From Macrostomum hystrix (Eukaryota > Animalia > Platyhelminthes): DNA of 64,000 bases. The DNA lies in assembly GCA_950097015.1 (NCBI GenBank), contig CATNEN010000001.1, positions 11,408,001 to 11,472,000 of the forward strand. The letters are read 5' to 3'. Positions 50,501-63,775 of this stretch are shown one piece after another (positions within the stretch are counted from its first letter, which is position 1; each line of letters opens with the position of its first letter). Under the pieces are notes generated by a model. The model had not been told where the DNA came from, made no database searches, and saw nothing but the letters and a program-made list of their open reading frames with translations. A program made the translations under genes and the position numbers.

Positions 50501-53500
50501 TATGAAAACGAAGCGACGGTAAAGAAAAAAGCAAAGTCACATTTTTTCGAGACACAACACGAGAACAGTTTTTTTTCAATTAAACAAATTGAGTCATTTT
50601 TTGTTAAATCCTAGTTACGGAGTTTTGTTTTTTTTCCTTGTTAATTATTGCCCTAGAGAAAACAGCAAGAGAAAGAAACCAGGAGATGAAAGCGAACAAA
50701 CAGATTAAATGAAAATTGAATGGAAATCGGCTCGGATCTTTCCGCAAAATTTTTAATGCAATTTTTATTTTCATTACAAAAATGAAACATACACACAGAC
50801 GCACACGGACCCACTGATGTCACAGAGGCAGCTTAATAAAGAGATAAATTTCACGGAGATTGAGAAAATAAGATAAGAGGACAGGTTTGCTTTCGCGGTT
50901 GAAAATAATTCTAAAGGATACAATAATCAAAGATAATACTTGCCTAGATGAAAGAAAATACGAGGGCAGCTCTTGGTGATCGAGTAGGGCAGGTGGGTAG
51001 AGCATTGTAAATGGAGCGACCGAGGTTAGGGAACAGAAGACACAAGGGGATAAGACAATCAAAAGAATGTCTTGTTCAAGCAGTAACAGTGACGAAAACT
51101 TTTTTTGACTTTTTTAAATATATATGAAAACCATTGACGGGGTAGGGTAAAAGAAGACTGGGCGAGTGAGGGGGGATTTTGTATAGGGGAGAAGATTGAG
51201 GGGAGATTGGGGGTATGGGAGAAGAGTGAGGAGAGATTTGGGATAGGGGAGAAGAGTGAGGGGAGATGGGGATAGGGGAGAAGAGTGAGGGGAGATGGAG
51301 ATAGGGGAGAAGAGTGAGGAGAGATTTGGGATAGGGGAGAAGAGTGAGGAGAGATTTGGGATAGGGGAGAAGAGTGAGGGGAGATGGAGATGGGGGAGAA
51401 GAGTGAGGAGAGATTTGGGATAGGGGAGAAGAGTGAGGGGAGATGGGGATAGGGGAGAAGAGTGAGGGGAGATGGAGATAGGGGAGAAGAGTGAGGAGAG
51501 ATTTGGGATAGGGGAGAAGAGTGAGGGGAGATGGGGATAGGGGAGAAGAGTGAGGGGAGATGGAGATAGGGGAGAAGAGTGAGGAGAGATTTGGGATAGG
51601 GGAGAAGAGTGAGGGGAGATGGAGATGGGGGAGAAGAGTGAGGAGAGATTTGGGATAGGGGAGAAGAGTGAGGGGAGATGGGGATAGGGGAGAAGAGTGA
51701 GGGGAGATGGAGATAGGGGAGAAGAGTGAGGAGAAATTTGGGATAGGGGAGAAGAGTGAGGGGAGATGGAGATAGGGGAGAAGAGTGAGGAGAGATTTGG
51801 GATAGGGGAGAAGAGTGAGGGGAGATGGAGATAGGGGAGAAGAGTGAGGAGAGATTTGGGATAGGGGAGAAGAGTGAGGGGAGATGGAGATAGGGGAGAA
51901 GAGTGAGGAGAGATTTGGGATAGGGGAGAAGAGTGAGGGGAGATGGAGATAGGGGAGAAGAGTGAGGAGAGATTTGGGATAGGGGAGAAGAGTGAGGGGA
52001 GATGGAGATAGGGGAGAAGAGTGAGGAGAGATTTGGGATAGGGGAGAAGAGTGAGGGGAGATTTGGGATAGGGGAGAAGAGTGAGGAGAGATTTGGGATA
52101 GGGGAGAAGAGTGAGGGGAGATGGGGATAGGGGAGAAGAGTGAGGGGAGATGGAGATAGGGGAGAAGAGTGAGGAGAGATTTGGGATAGGGGAGAAGAGT
52201 GAGGAGAGATTTGGGATAGGGGAGAAGAGTGAGGGGAGATGGAGATGGGGGAGAAGAGTGAGGAGAGATTTGGGATAGGGGAGAAGAGTGAGGGGAGATG
52301 GAGATAGGGGAGAAGAGTGAGGGAAGATTTTGTATAGGGGAGAAGAGTGAGGGAAGATTTTGTATAGGGGAGAAGTGTGAGGGAAGATTTTGTATAGGGA
52401 AGAAGAGTGGGGAGAGATTCGGAATAGGGGAGAAGAGTGAGGGAATATTTTGTATAGGGGAGAAGTGTGAGGGAAGATTTTGTATAGGGGAGAAGAGTGA
52501 GGGAAGATTTTGTATAGGGGAGAAGAGTGAGGGAAGATTTTGTATAGGGGAGAAGTGTGAGGGAAGATTTTGTATAGGGAAGAAGAGTGGGGAGAGATTC
52601 GGAATAGGGGAGAAGAGTGAGGGAATATTTTGTATAGGGGAGAAGAGTGAGGGAATATTTTGTATAGGGGAGAAGTGTGAGGGAAGATTTTGTATAGGGG
52701 AGAAGAGTGAGGGAAGATTTTGTATAGGGGAGAAGTGTGAGGGAAGATTTTGTATAGGGGAGAAGAGTGAGGGAAGATTTTGTATAGGGAAGAAGAGTGA
52801 GGAGAGATTTGGGATAGGGGAGAAGAGTGAGGGAAGATTTTGTATAGGGGAGAAGAGTGAGGGAAGATTTTGTATAGGGAAGAAGAGTGGGGAGAGATTC
52901 GGAATAGGGGAGAAGAGTGAGGGAAGATTTTGTATAGGGGAGAAGAGTGAGGGAAGATTTTGTATAGGGGAGAGATTCGGAATAGGGGAGAAGAGTGAGG
53001 GAAGATTTTGTATAGGGGAGAAGAGTGAGGGAAGATTTTGTATAGGGAAGAAGAGTGAGGAGAGATTTGGGATAGGGGAGAAGAGTGAGGGGAGATTTGG
53101 GATAGGGGAGAAGAGTGAGGGAAGATTTTGTATAGGGGAGAAGAGTGAGGGAAGATTTTGTATAGGGGAGAGATTCGGAATAGGGGAGAAGAGTGAGGGA
53201 AGATTTTGTATAGGGGAGAAGAGTGAGGGAAGATTTTGTATAGGGGAGAAGAGTGAGGGAAGATTTGGGATAGGGGAGAAGAGTGAGGAGAGATTTGGGA
53301 TAGGGGAGAAGAGTGAGGGGAGATGGGGATAGGGGAGAAGAGTGAGGGGAGATGGAGATAGGGGAGAAGAGTGAGGAGAGATTTGGGATAGGGGAGAAGA
53401 GTGAGGAGAGATTTGGGATAGGGGAGAAGAGTGAGGGGAGATGGAGATGGGGGAGAAGAGTGAGGAGAGATTTGGGATAGGGGAGAAGAGTGAGGGGAGA

Positions 53501-56500
53501 TGGAGATAGGGGAGAAGAGTGAGGAGAGATTTGGGATAGGGGAGAAGAGTGAGGGGAGATGGAGATAGGGGAGAAGAGTGAGGAGAGATTTGGGATAGGG
53601 GAGAAGAGTGAGGGGAGATGGAGATAGGGGAGAAGAGTGAGGAGAGATTTGGGATAGGGGAGAAGAGTGAGGGGAGATTTGGGATAGGGGAGAAGAGTGA
53701 GGAGAGATTTGGGATAGGGGAGAAGAGTGAGGGGAGATTTGGGATAGGGGAGAAGAGTGAGGGAAGATTTTGTATAGGGGAGAAGAGTGAGGGAAGATTT
53801 TGTATAGGGGAGAGATTCGGAATAGGGGAGAAGAGTGAGGGAAGATTTTGTATAGGGGAGAAGAGTGAGGGAAGATTTTGTATAGGGAAGAAGAGTGGGG
53901 AGAAATTCGGAATAGGGGAGAAGAGTGAGGGGAGATTTTGTATAGGGGAGAAGAGTGAGGGAAGATTTTGTATAGGGGAGAAGAGTGAGGGAAGATTTTG
54001 TATAGGGGAGAAGAGTGAGGGAAGATTTTGTATAGGGGAGAAGTGTGAGGGAAGATTTTGTATAGGGGAGAAGAGTGAGGGAAGATTTTGTATAGGGAAG
54101 AAGAGTGGGGAGAGATTCGGAATAGGGGAGAAGAGTGAGGGGAGATTGAGGGTAGAACACACAGGGTGAGCCGGACACTGTGGTGCTAATAAAAAATAAG
54201 TGATAAGAAAAATGACAATAAAAGATTTAGACAATAAAAAAGGAAGCGTGATCACGACACTGCGGTTGGAGATGAAAAGATGAAGACATAAGATGAAAAC
54301 TTTCTTAGTTTTTCCCCAGTTAAAATAATGAGGAGAAGAAACCTACCCGGCTTAAGAGCTTAGTTATAGGGGCTAGCATGTGTAGGCCATGACAAGTGAG
54401 ATAAGGGTTAAGGGACTTGAGCACGAAAAACAGGGTGTGGCTACAGGAAGGGAAGAGGTTTGTAGGAAAAGAAAGGGGATACGGACAGATCCCTGAGGCG
54501 GTGAATGTGACGATAGACAGAGACAAAAGCGACTGGATTCGATTGAAAAAATCTAGATTTAAGACAGGTAACACGCTATGGGAGGATGAATGAAGACAGT
54601 GGGATATGCTAGTGAGAGACGGTGGGCTTGAAGACACTGCGCTTCAGTTGTTTGGGTATTGGGAAACAAATGTAGACCTGTATAGAAAGAGCAGGCGTTA
54701 GGTAAGAATAGAGGTAGCTAGGGAAACATTTTCTGTGGGATAGCTTTGTAAAATAAAACGTGCTCAATGCATCCCGGCTTCAAAGTTAAAAAGCTAGACA
54801 GAAAGCAGAGAGAGACAGACAAGAGTGGGAGGGTTGAGAAAGCTAGCAACACAACACCCGCGTGCTTGCTGAACTGGCGCAGTTTTCTATATCACACACA
54901 AAGGTTTCCTCTCGTCAACTTCTCAGCTCGCTTCCCCCGCCCTTCTCTTCTCTCTCCGTCTATTTCTTTTTTTCCTGCTCTCATGAACCGAGTTGGGAAG
55001 AGAAACTTTACGAGTGAAACTGAGACGAGTATTTTCTCATCATCTTCGACTTCCTCGCCGCCAGAGTTTCTGGCAAGGCTTAATTGGATTGTTGCTAAGA
55101 ATTGAGGATCTTTATAAAAAGCTTGTCTAGATGTGCTTCGATTCGCAGCCTCCTCTTTTTCTTTCTTTTAGATGCTCTCAGGCTTCACTGTGAGGTTGGC
55201 TAATGCTTTAATGAGCTTGGCAACCAGGTGCGCGTGATTCTAGTGCAACGGGAGCTGCTGTGTAATGACTGGGAATAAATCCCAGAGAAATATATCTCGA
55301 ATGCAACTAATTCGACCATAGTTTTTATTAGGCTATTCTTCAAATTCGACGATTCTTCGAAACCCGTGATTCTTAGAAATAAATGATTCTTCGAAACCCG
55401 TGATTCTTAGAAATAAACGATTCTTCGAAACCCGTGATTCTTAGAAATAAACGATTCTTCGAAGCCTGTGATTCGGAGAAATCGACGATTATTAGAAATA
55501 GAATATTCTTAGAAATCGGCGATTCTTCCAAATGGACGATTCTTTGAAATCGAATAATCTTCTAAATCGACGATTCTTCGAAACCCGTGATTCTTAGAAA
55601 TAAACGATTCTTCGAAACCGTTGATTCGGAGAAATCGACGATTCTTAGAAATAGAATATTCTTAGAAATCTGCGATTCTTCCAAATGGACGATTCTTTGA
55701 AATCGAATAATCTTCTAAATCGACGATTCTTCGATATCGACGATTCTTCGAAACCCGTGTTTCTTAGAAATAAATGATTTTCCGAAACCGTTGATTCGGA
55801 AAAATCGACGATTCTTAGAAATAGAATATTCTTAGAAATCGGCGATTCTTCCAAATGGACGATTCTTTAAAAATCGAATAATCTTCTAAATCGACGATTC
55901 TTCGAAACCCGTGTTTCTTAGAAATAAACGATTCTTCGAAACCGGTGATTCGGATAAATCGACGATTCTTATAAATGGAATATTCTTAAAAATCGGCGAT
56001 TCTTCCAAATGGACGATTCTTTGAAACCAATTTATCTTCTAAATCGATGATTTTTAAAGCGGCGATTCTAAAAAAGCGGCGATTTTTCGAAGTCAGCGAT
56101 TCTTCGAAACCGATGATTCGTCGAAATCGACGATTCCTAGAAATAGACTATTCTTAGAAAGCGGCGATTCCTTTAAATAGACGATTCTACGAAAACATCT
56201 TATATATATTTAAAAAAATTGACAACATAACAATTACAAATAACTAGTATTGTACTATCACAATGATAAGGATAAAGACAAGAGATAACATAGCTAGCCT
56301 TTATATATAATTTTATAACTTTATATGAATACGTTATTGAAGTTTTATAATTTGAAAACAATACTGATTCAAAACGGTATATAGAAAATATACTTTATTA
56401 CTCGTAGAAGCCATACAAATTTCTGTTCAATTTTTCATCGACTAAAAATTGAAAACATCTGTTTTACACAAAATTGCTTCACTCACTAACTCACTTACTG

Positions 56501-59500
56501 ACTCACACACAAGAAAAAAGGCTGAGGTTGGCCTACGCAAAATTCAAAGAACCCTATACAAGCAGTATGATTGCTGCTTAAAATGTTCTAACCATATTAA
56601 TACTACCAGCTATAAAAATGCTACCAGCATGCATGCTTTGGCAATTAACTAACTCTGTGTCCTCTTCCCGGTTCCCCCCGGGGGCATAACAGGCAAACAC
56701 AATGCAAACTAACAATTAGTCTCTAACGTGGCTATTGTACTGTTTGACTTGCCTAATCAATGCGAACATTTTATTACAACATATAATCAAATACAGAAAT
56801 CAATCGATTGTTAAATGACATGTTACTAGAAATAATCTGAAGATCTAAAGTTTGAAGTTTAGCCCAATGGAAAATTCTGCCCAATTTTAACCGAAAGAAT
56901 AATAATATCCAACCAACTACTTAGTACTAATTACAGTAAAAGTAGTATATCATGAAGATTTTAACAAAATTAAAAATGACTAATAAGATAATGTAATATT
57001 TTAAGCCGGATTTGAGTTCAATGACTGATTTGAGGTTGATGACTGGTTTGAGTTCAATGACTGATTTGAGTTTAATGACTGATTTGAGTTCAATGACTGA
57101 TTTGAGGTTGATGACTGGTTAGAGTTTAATGACTGATTTGAGTTTAATGACTGATTTGAGTTTAATGACTGATTTGAGTTTAATGACTGATTTGAGTTTA
57201 ATGATTGATTTGAGTTTAATGACTGATTTGAGTTTAATGACTGATTTAAGTTTAATGACTGATTTGAGGTTAATGACTGATTTGAGTTTAATGACTGATT
57301 TGAGTTTAATGATTGATTTGAGTTTAATGACTGATTTGAGTTTAATGAATGATTTGAGCCTATGACTGATTTGAGGTTAATGAATGATTTGAGTTTAATG
57401 ATTGATTTGAGTTTAATGACTGATTTGAGTTTAATGACTGATTTGAGCCTATGACTGATTTGAGGTTAATGACTGATTTGAGTTTAATGACTGATTTGAG
57501 CCTATGACTGATTTGAGGTTAATGACTGATTTGAGTTTAATGACTGATTTAAGTTTAATGACTGATTTGAGGTTAATGACTGATTTGAGTTTAATGACTG
57601 ATTTGAGTTTAATGACTGATTTGAGTTTAATGACTGATTTGAGTTTAATGAATGATTTGAGGTTAATGAATGATTTGAGCCTATGACTGATTTGAGGTTA
57701 ATGATTGATTTGAGTTTAATGACTGATTTGAGTTTAATGACTGATTTAAGTTTAATGACTGATTTGAGGTTAATGACTGATTTGAGTTTAATGACTGATT
57801 TGAGTTTAATGATTGATTTGAGTTTAATGACTGATTTGAGCCTATGACTGATTTGAGGTTAATGACTGATTTGAGTTTAATGATTGATTTGAGTTTAATG
57901 ACTGATTTGAGTTTAATGACTGATTTAAGTTTAATGACTGATTTGAGGTTAATGACTGATTTGAGTTTAATGACTGATTTGAGTTTAATGATTGATTTGA
58001 GTTTAATGACTGATTTGAGTTTAATGACTGATTTAAGTTTAATGACTGATTTGAGGTTAATGACTGATTTGAGTTTAATGACTGATTTGAGTTTAATGAT
58101 TGATTTGAGTTTAATGACTGATTTGAGTTTAATGAATGATTTGAGCCTATGACTGATTTGAGGTTAATGAATGATTTGAGTTTAATGATTGATTTGAGTT
58201 TAATGACTGATTTGAGTTTAATGACTGATTTGAGCCTATGACTGATTTGAGGTTAATGACTGATTTGAGTTTAATGACTGATTTGAGCCTATGACTGATT
58301 TGAGGTTAATGACTGATTTGAGTTTAATGACTGATTTAAGTTTAATGACTGATTTGAGGTTAATGACTGATTTGAGTTTAATGACTGATTTGAGTTTAAT
58401 GACTGATTTGAGTTTAATGACTGATTTGAGTTTAATGAATGATTTGAGGTTAATGAATGATTTGAGCCTATGACTGATTTGAGGTTAATGATTGATTTGA
58501 GTTTAATGACTGATTTGAGTTTAATGACTGATTTAAGTTTAATGACTGATTTGAGGTTAATGACTGATTTGAGTTTAATGACTGATTTGAGTTTAATGAT
58601 TGATTTGAGTTTAATGACTGATTTGAGCCTATGACTGATTTGAGGTTAATGACTGATTTGAGTTTAATGATTGATTTGAGTTTAATGACTGATTTGAGTT
58701 TAATGACTGATTTAAGTTTAATGACTGATTTGAGGTTAATGACTGATTTGAGTTTAATGACTGATTTGAGTTTAATGATTGATTTGAGTTTAATGACTGA
58801 TTTGAGTTTAATGACTGATTTAAGTTTAATGACTGATTTGAGGTTAATGACTGATTTGAGTTTAATGACTGATTTGAGTTTAATGATTGATTTGAGTTTA
58901 ATGACTGATTTGAGTTTAATGACTGATTTGAGTTTAATGAATGATTTGAGCCTATGACTGATTTGAGGTTAATGACTGATTTGAGTTTAATGATTGATTT
59001 GAGTTTAATGACTGATTTGAGTTTAATGACTGATTTAAGTTTAATGACTGATTTGAGGTTAATGACTGATTTGAGTTTAATGACTGATTTGAGTTTAATG
59101 ATTGATTTGAGTTTAATGACTGATTTGAGTTTAATGACTGATTTAAGTTTAATGACTGATTTGAGGTTAATGACTGATTTGAGTTTAATGACTGATTTGA
59201 GTTTAATGATTGATTTGAGTTTAATGACTGATTTGAGTTTAATGACTGATTTGAGTTTAATGAATGATTTGAGCCTATGACTGATTTGAGGTTAATGACT
59301 GATTTGAGTTTAATGATTGATTTGAGTTTAATGACTGATTTGAGTTTAATGACTGATTTAAGTTTAATGACTGATTTGAGGTTAATGACTGATTTGAGTT
59401 TAATGACTGATTTGAGTTTAATGATTGATTTGAGTTTAATGACTGATTTGAGGTTAATGAATGATTTGAGCCTATGACTGATTTGAGGTTAACGAATGAT

Positions 59501-62500
59501 TTGAGTTTAATGACTGATTTGAGGTTAATGAATGATTTGAGCCTATGACTGATTTGAGGTTAATGACTGATTTGAGTTTAATGACTGATTTAAGTTTAAT
59601 GACTGATTTGAGGTTAATGACTGATTTGAGTTTAATGACTGATTTGAGTTTAATGACTGATTTGAGTTTAATGACTGATTTGAGCCTATGACTGATTTGA
59701 GGTTAATGACTGATTTGAGTTTAATGACTGATTTAAGTTTAATGACTGATTTGAGGTTAATGACTGATTTGAGTTTAATGACTGATTTGAGTTTAATGAC
59801 TGATTTGAGTTTAATGATTGATTTGAGTTTAATGACTGATTTGAGCCTATGACTGATTTGAGGTTAATGACTGATTTGAGTTTAATGACTGATTTAAGTT
59901 TAATGACTGATTTGAGGTTAATGACTGATTTGAGTTTAATGACTGATTTGAGTTTAATGAATGATTTGAGGTTAATGAATGATTTGAGCCTATGACTGAT
60001 TTGAGGTTAATGACTGATTTGAGTTTAATGACTGATTTAAGTTTAATGACTGATTTGAGGTTAATGACTGATTTGAGTTTAATGAATGATTTGAGGTTAA
60101 TGAATGATTTGAGCCTATGACTGATTTGAGGTTAATGACTGATTTGAGTTTAATGACTGATTTAAGTTTAATGACTGATTTGAGGTTAATGACTGATTTG
60201 AGTTTAATGACTGATTTGAGTTTAATGACTGATTTGAGTTTAATGATTGATTTGAGTTTAATGACTGATTTGAGCCTATGACTGATTTGAGGTTAATGAC
60301 TGATTTGAGTTTAATGACTGATTTAAGTTTAATGACTGATTTGAGGTTAATGACTGATTTGAGTTTAATGACTGATTTGAGTTTAATGACTGATTTGAGT
60401 TTAATGACTGATTTGAGGTTAATGACTGATTTGAGTTTAATGACTGATTTGAGTTTAATGATTGATTTGAGTTTAATGACTGATTTGAGTTTAATGACTG
60501 ATTTGAGTTTAATGACTGATTTGAGGTTAATGACTGATTTGAGTTTAATGACTGATTTGAGTTTAATGAATGATTTGAGCCTATGACTGATTTGAGTTTA
60601 ATGACTGATTTGAGCCTATGACTGATTTGAGGTTAATGACTGATTTGAGCCTATGACTGATTTGAGGTTAATGACTGATTTGAGTTCAATGACTGATTTG
60701 AGCCTATGACTGATTTGAGTTTAATGACTGATTTGAGCCTATGACTGATTTGAGGTTAATGACTGATTTGAGCCTATGACTGATTTGAGGTTAATGACTG
60801 ATTTGAGTTCAATGACTGATTTGAGCCTATGACTGATTTGAGTTTAATGACTGATTTGAGCCTATGACTAACTTAAGCTAATGATTTATGACTATGATCA
60901 AATTCGATCATAGTCAGTGATAAAGAAAGGAGAAAGAAGTAAACTCACCTGCACGAGGCGTAAATAACATGCTGTTCAGTTGCCGAATAGTAATGCCGGC
61001 AAAATATGAAATCCATAATTGAACCCACACTGTAATCATCCGGCGCATGTTCAACACTAGACGGCGAACCAGGCTGTGGCGCGGGAATGTTATAACTGCT
61101 TGCCGACTGTTTTCTATTGTCTTTGATGCCAGCAACTACATTTGCAGAGCAGTTGGCTGGATCAGATAGCTCAGATTTGATATGCACAGATTCGCTCAGG
61201 TTAGGTGAGACACTCGGAGCCTCTGTGTCAGAGGTAGCAGATGCTGGAACAGACAGTGGCGCCAGGGCAGAACCCGCCGCCGCCGCTGATGTTATCGTCG
61301 TAGAAGCTGCCGAAGTTAACGTAGCAACAGTTGATCTTGGCTTCAGAAGGCAAACTAGTGACGATGGAGAATTTGTGCCTGGCGTTCCTGCAGATAGGAA
61401 CAAAATGAATACCATTATTTAGTTATATACTTTACTAATTTTAGGGCGTTACAAAATTCTCACCTGAACTGTTTGATGCAGGCAGTGGTTGCACTTTAAT
61501 AGTGACATCGACTGTAACAGGATGATCGCCAGACTTAGCTGGCAATAGGCGCAGTGTCAGCTGATTTGGCAAAGAAGGCGACATGACTGGCGCTGAATGG
61601 CCTAGGTGAGTAGTTTTAAGGATTTATCGGGACTAATGGGCAATGAAGTTTAGGTTTCTAAATATTTTTGATGGGAGCTCTGAAGGACAAGCGATAAGAT
61701 TTATGAAGGATTAACGATGGGGTTTATGAAGGATTAACGATGGGATTTATGAAGGATTAACGATGGGGTTTATGAAAGATTAACGATGGGATTATGAAGG
61801 ATTAACGATAGGGTTTATGAAGGATTAACGATGGGGTTTATGAAGGATTAACGATGGGATTTATGAAGGATTAACGATGGGATTATGAAGGATTAACGAT
61901 AGGGTTTATGAAGGATTAGCGATGGGATTTATGAAGGATTAACGATAGGATTATGAAAGATTAACGATGGGGTTTATGAAGGATTAACGATGGGGTTTAT
62001 GAAGGATTAACGATGGGTTTTATGAAGGATTAACGAGGGTTTTATGAAGGATTAACGATGGGATTTATGAAGGATTAACGATAGGATTATGAAGGATTAA
62101 CGATGGGGTTTATGAAGGATCAACGATGGGGTATATGAAGGATTAACGATGGGATTTATGAAGGATTAACGATGGGGTTTATGAAGGATTAACGATGGGA
62201 TTTATGAAGGATTAACGATAGGATTATGAAAGATTAACGATGGGTTTTATGAAGGATTAACGATGGGGTTTATGGAGGATTAACGATGGGATTTATGAAG
62301 GATTAACGATGGGGTTTATGGAAGATTAATGGTGGGGTTTATAAAGGATTACCAATAAAATTTATGAAGATTAACGATAGGATTTATGAAGGATTAACAA
62401 TAGGATTTATGAAGGATTAACGATTGGATTTATGAAAGATTAACGATGAACTTTCTGATGGATTATTGATAGGGTCTCGGGATCAATAACAGGATTTGTG

Positions 62501-62848
62501 AGAGATTATCGATGAGATTTCTTTTGGATTATTGATGGAATCTCCGAACTCAAGCGGGTGATTAATAATTATATATTTTTGAGATTGGTAAACAATTTAT
62601 TGTCCGGTAATAAAATTTATAAAGAATTTTAGTTAAACAGAAGTTAAAAAAGAACTCTAAACAAAAAACAAACCTTTTAATGAGTCGATGTATGGCCTTA
62701 TCAGGTGTCTATCATCTTCATGCACAATAGTAAGGAATGAGGTCTGCATTAGATCGTCCACTGTATAATCGACGTAGTTACAAATGTTGGGAGACACGTA
62801 ATAGATGCGCGACGATTGGGTCACAACTATTAGGAAGCCCTCGATTAC
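39045..62848 (-). CDS. NCOA: Nuclear receptor coactivator (NCOA/SRC/taiman-like bHLH-PAS protein), 5'-incomplete; exons 62848-62674, 61601-61464, 61387-60949, 47453-47338, 46329-46191, 44885-44198, 44038-43457, 41840(or 41819/41792)-39045
   Basis: PAS-A: VIEGFLIVVTQSSRIYYVSPNICNYVDYTVDDLMQTSFLTIVHEDD. PAS-B: FIFCRHY...WSDLVLASDK...SAVYRCKVSEGKYAFLKTRSKL...STHCIVR. A long Q/P/S-rich region carries LxxLL boxes (LMELL, LADLL) and ends in GLLERLLST*, like the terminal LxxLL of SRC-1a/Taiman. All junctions are phase-compatible. Confidence 0.8.
42645..43087. repeat. 20-bp minisatellite (ttgggtaagtagatttggag/a)n in an NCOA intron
   Basis: Direct tandem periodicity. Confidence 0.95.
45165..46103. 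repeat. 24-bp CT-rich minisatellite (ttatttatcccactttctcatccc)n in an NCOA intron
   Basis: Direct tandem periodicity, degenerate at the left end. Confidence 0.9.
46785..47210. repeat. ~21-bp minisatellite (gacccgtgacccaatctctct)n
   Basis: Direct tandem periodicity. Confidence 0.9.
49533..50421. repeat. 18/19-bp minisatellite (aatctgaatcatgacctg / aatctgaatcatgacactc)n
   Basis: Direct tandem periodicity. Confidence 0.95.
51165..54150. repeat. 29/30-bp GA-rich satellite (ataggggagaagagtgagg...)n, ~3 kb
   Basis: Direct tandem periodicity, with two unit subtypes in alternating blocks. Confidence 0.95.
55335..56193. repeat. Degenerate ~17-bp (aaatcgacgattcttcg) repeat with higher-order structure
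   Basis: Recurring gattctt(c/a)gaaa units; longer blocks (aaatagaatattcttagaaatcggcgattcttccaaatggacgattc) repeated about 4 times. Confidence 0.85.
57009..60870. repeat. 17/18-bp satellite (atgactgatttgagttta)n, ~3.9 kb, with higher-order repeats
   Basis: Direct periodicity; variant patterns recur at 787-bp and 323-bp offsets. Confidence 0.97.
61698..62450. repeat. 22/23-bp minisatellite (ttatgaaggattaacgatgggg/at)n
   Basis: Direct tandem periodicity. Confidence 0.93.
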
Positions 62849-63081
62849 CTGTGCAAAGTTTACGGGAAAATATTATTTGCTGTTCATTCGAGCTTTTTTT
62901 TAATAACAATCGCTAATAGTGACAAAATTTAGTAATAGATTGACAAAATATTTAAAAGGCTATAAGACCGTTTCTTAAAAGTTAACATGTCGTGTCTATT
63001 TTTATCTTAACGGTAACAACACATATTTAATACAGGTAACAGGAGAACACTATAAAGACTTACATTTATAAGGAATAATCA

Positions 63082-63416
63082 ATATCTAACAGATAGCAAT
63101 CCATATCTAACAGATAGCAACCCATATCTAACAGATAGCAATCCATATCTAACAGATAGCAATCCATATCTAACAGATAGCAATCCATATCTAACAGATA
63201 GCAATCCATATCTAATAGATAGCAATCCATATCTAACAGATAGCAATCCATATCTAACAGATAGCAATCCATATCTAACAGATAGCAATCCATATCTAAC
63301 AGATAGCAATCCATATCTAACAGATAGGAATCCAAGTCTAACAGGTAACAACCCAAGTCTAACAGGTAACAACCCAAGTCGAACAGGTAACAACCCAAGT
63401 CTAACAGGTAACAACC
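63082..63416. repeat. 21-bp minisatellite (atatctaacagatagcaatcc)n
   Basis: Direct tandem periodicity. Confidence 0.93.
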
Positions 63417-63775
63417 ATTACATCTGACAGGTTGTATTTTTCGTGTTAAAATAGAATCGATCAAAAAATGTTAACGAAAAAAGTACTAAACATTAACGCA
63501 ACTTTTTAAGGCCCAAAAAATCCTGAACTTAAACTGTTCAATTCGTTTAACAAAAATAATACTTTTTAACTCAAATTAACTGATTAACTGAATTAAGCAC
63601 GAGTCAAGGTTCCTTTTAAACTGTACCATAATGTCAGTGCTAAAAATATGAAATATTGGCAAATAAACTGTAAATTAGCAGTTCAAAATTTTACGCTTCT
63701 TGTTTAACAGTTCCGTGCGTCTACTAGGTTAAGAATCGTGTCTAACAGCTTAAAATACATCTAAATAATAAAGCT

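Noticed and set aside
51059-54255. >1000-aa ORFs on the minus strand
   Set aside because: Products of the 29/30-bp satellite inside an NCOA intron; open in several frames.
49533-60870. Apparent inverted similarity between the 18/19-bp array (49.5 kb) and the 18-bp array (57-60.9 kb)
   Set aside because: Only short AT-rich words are shared (actcaa, tcat); too weak to claim homology by eye.
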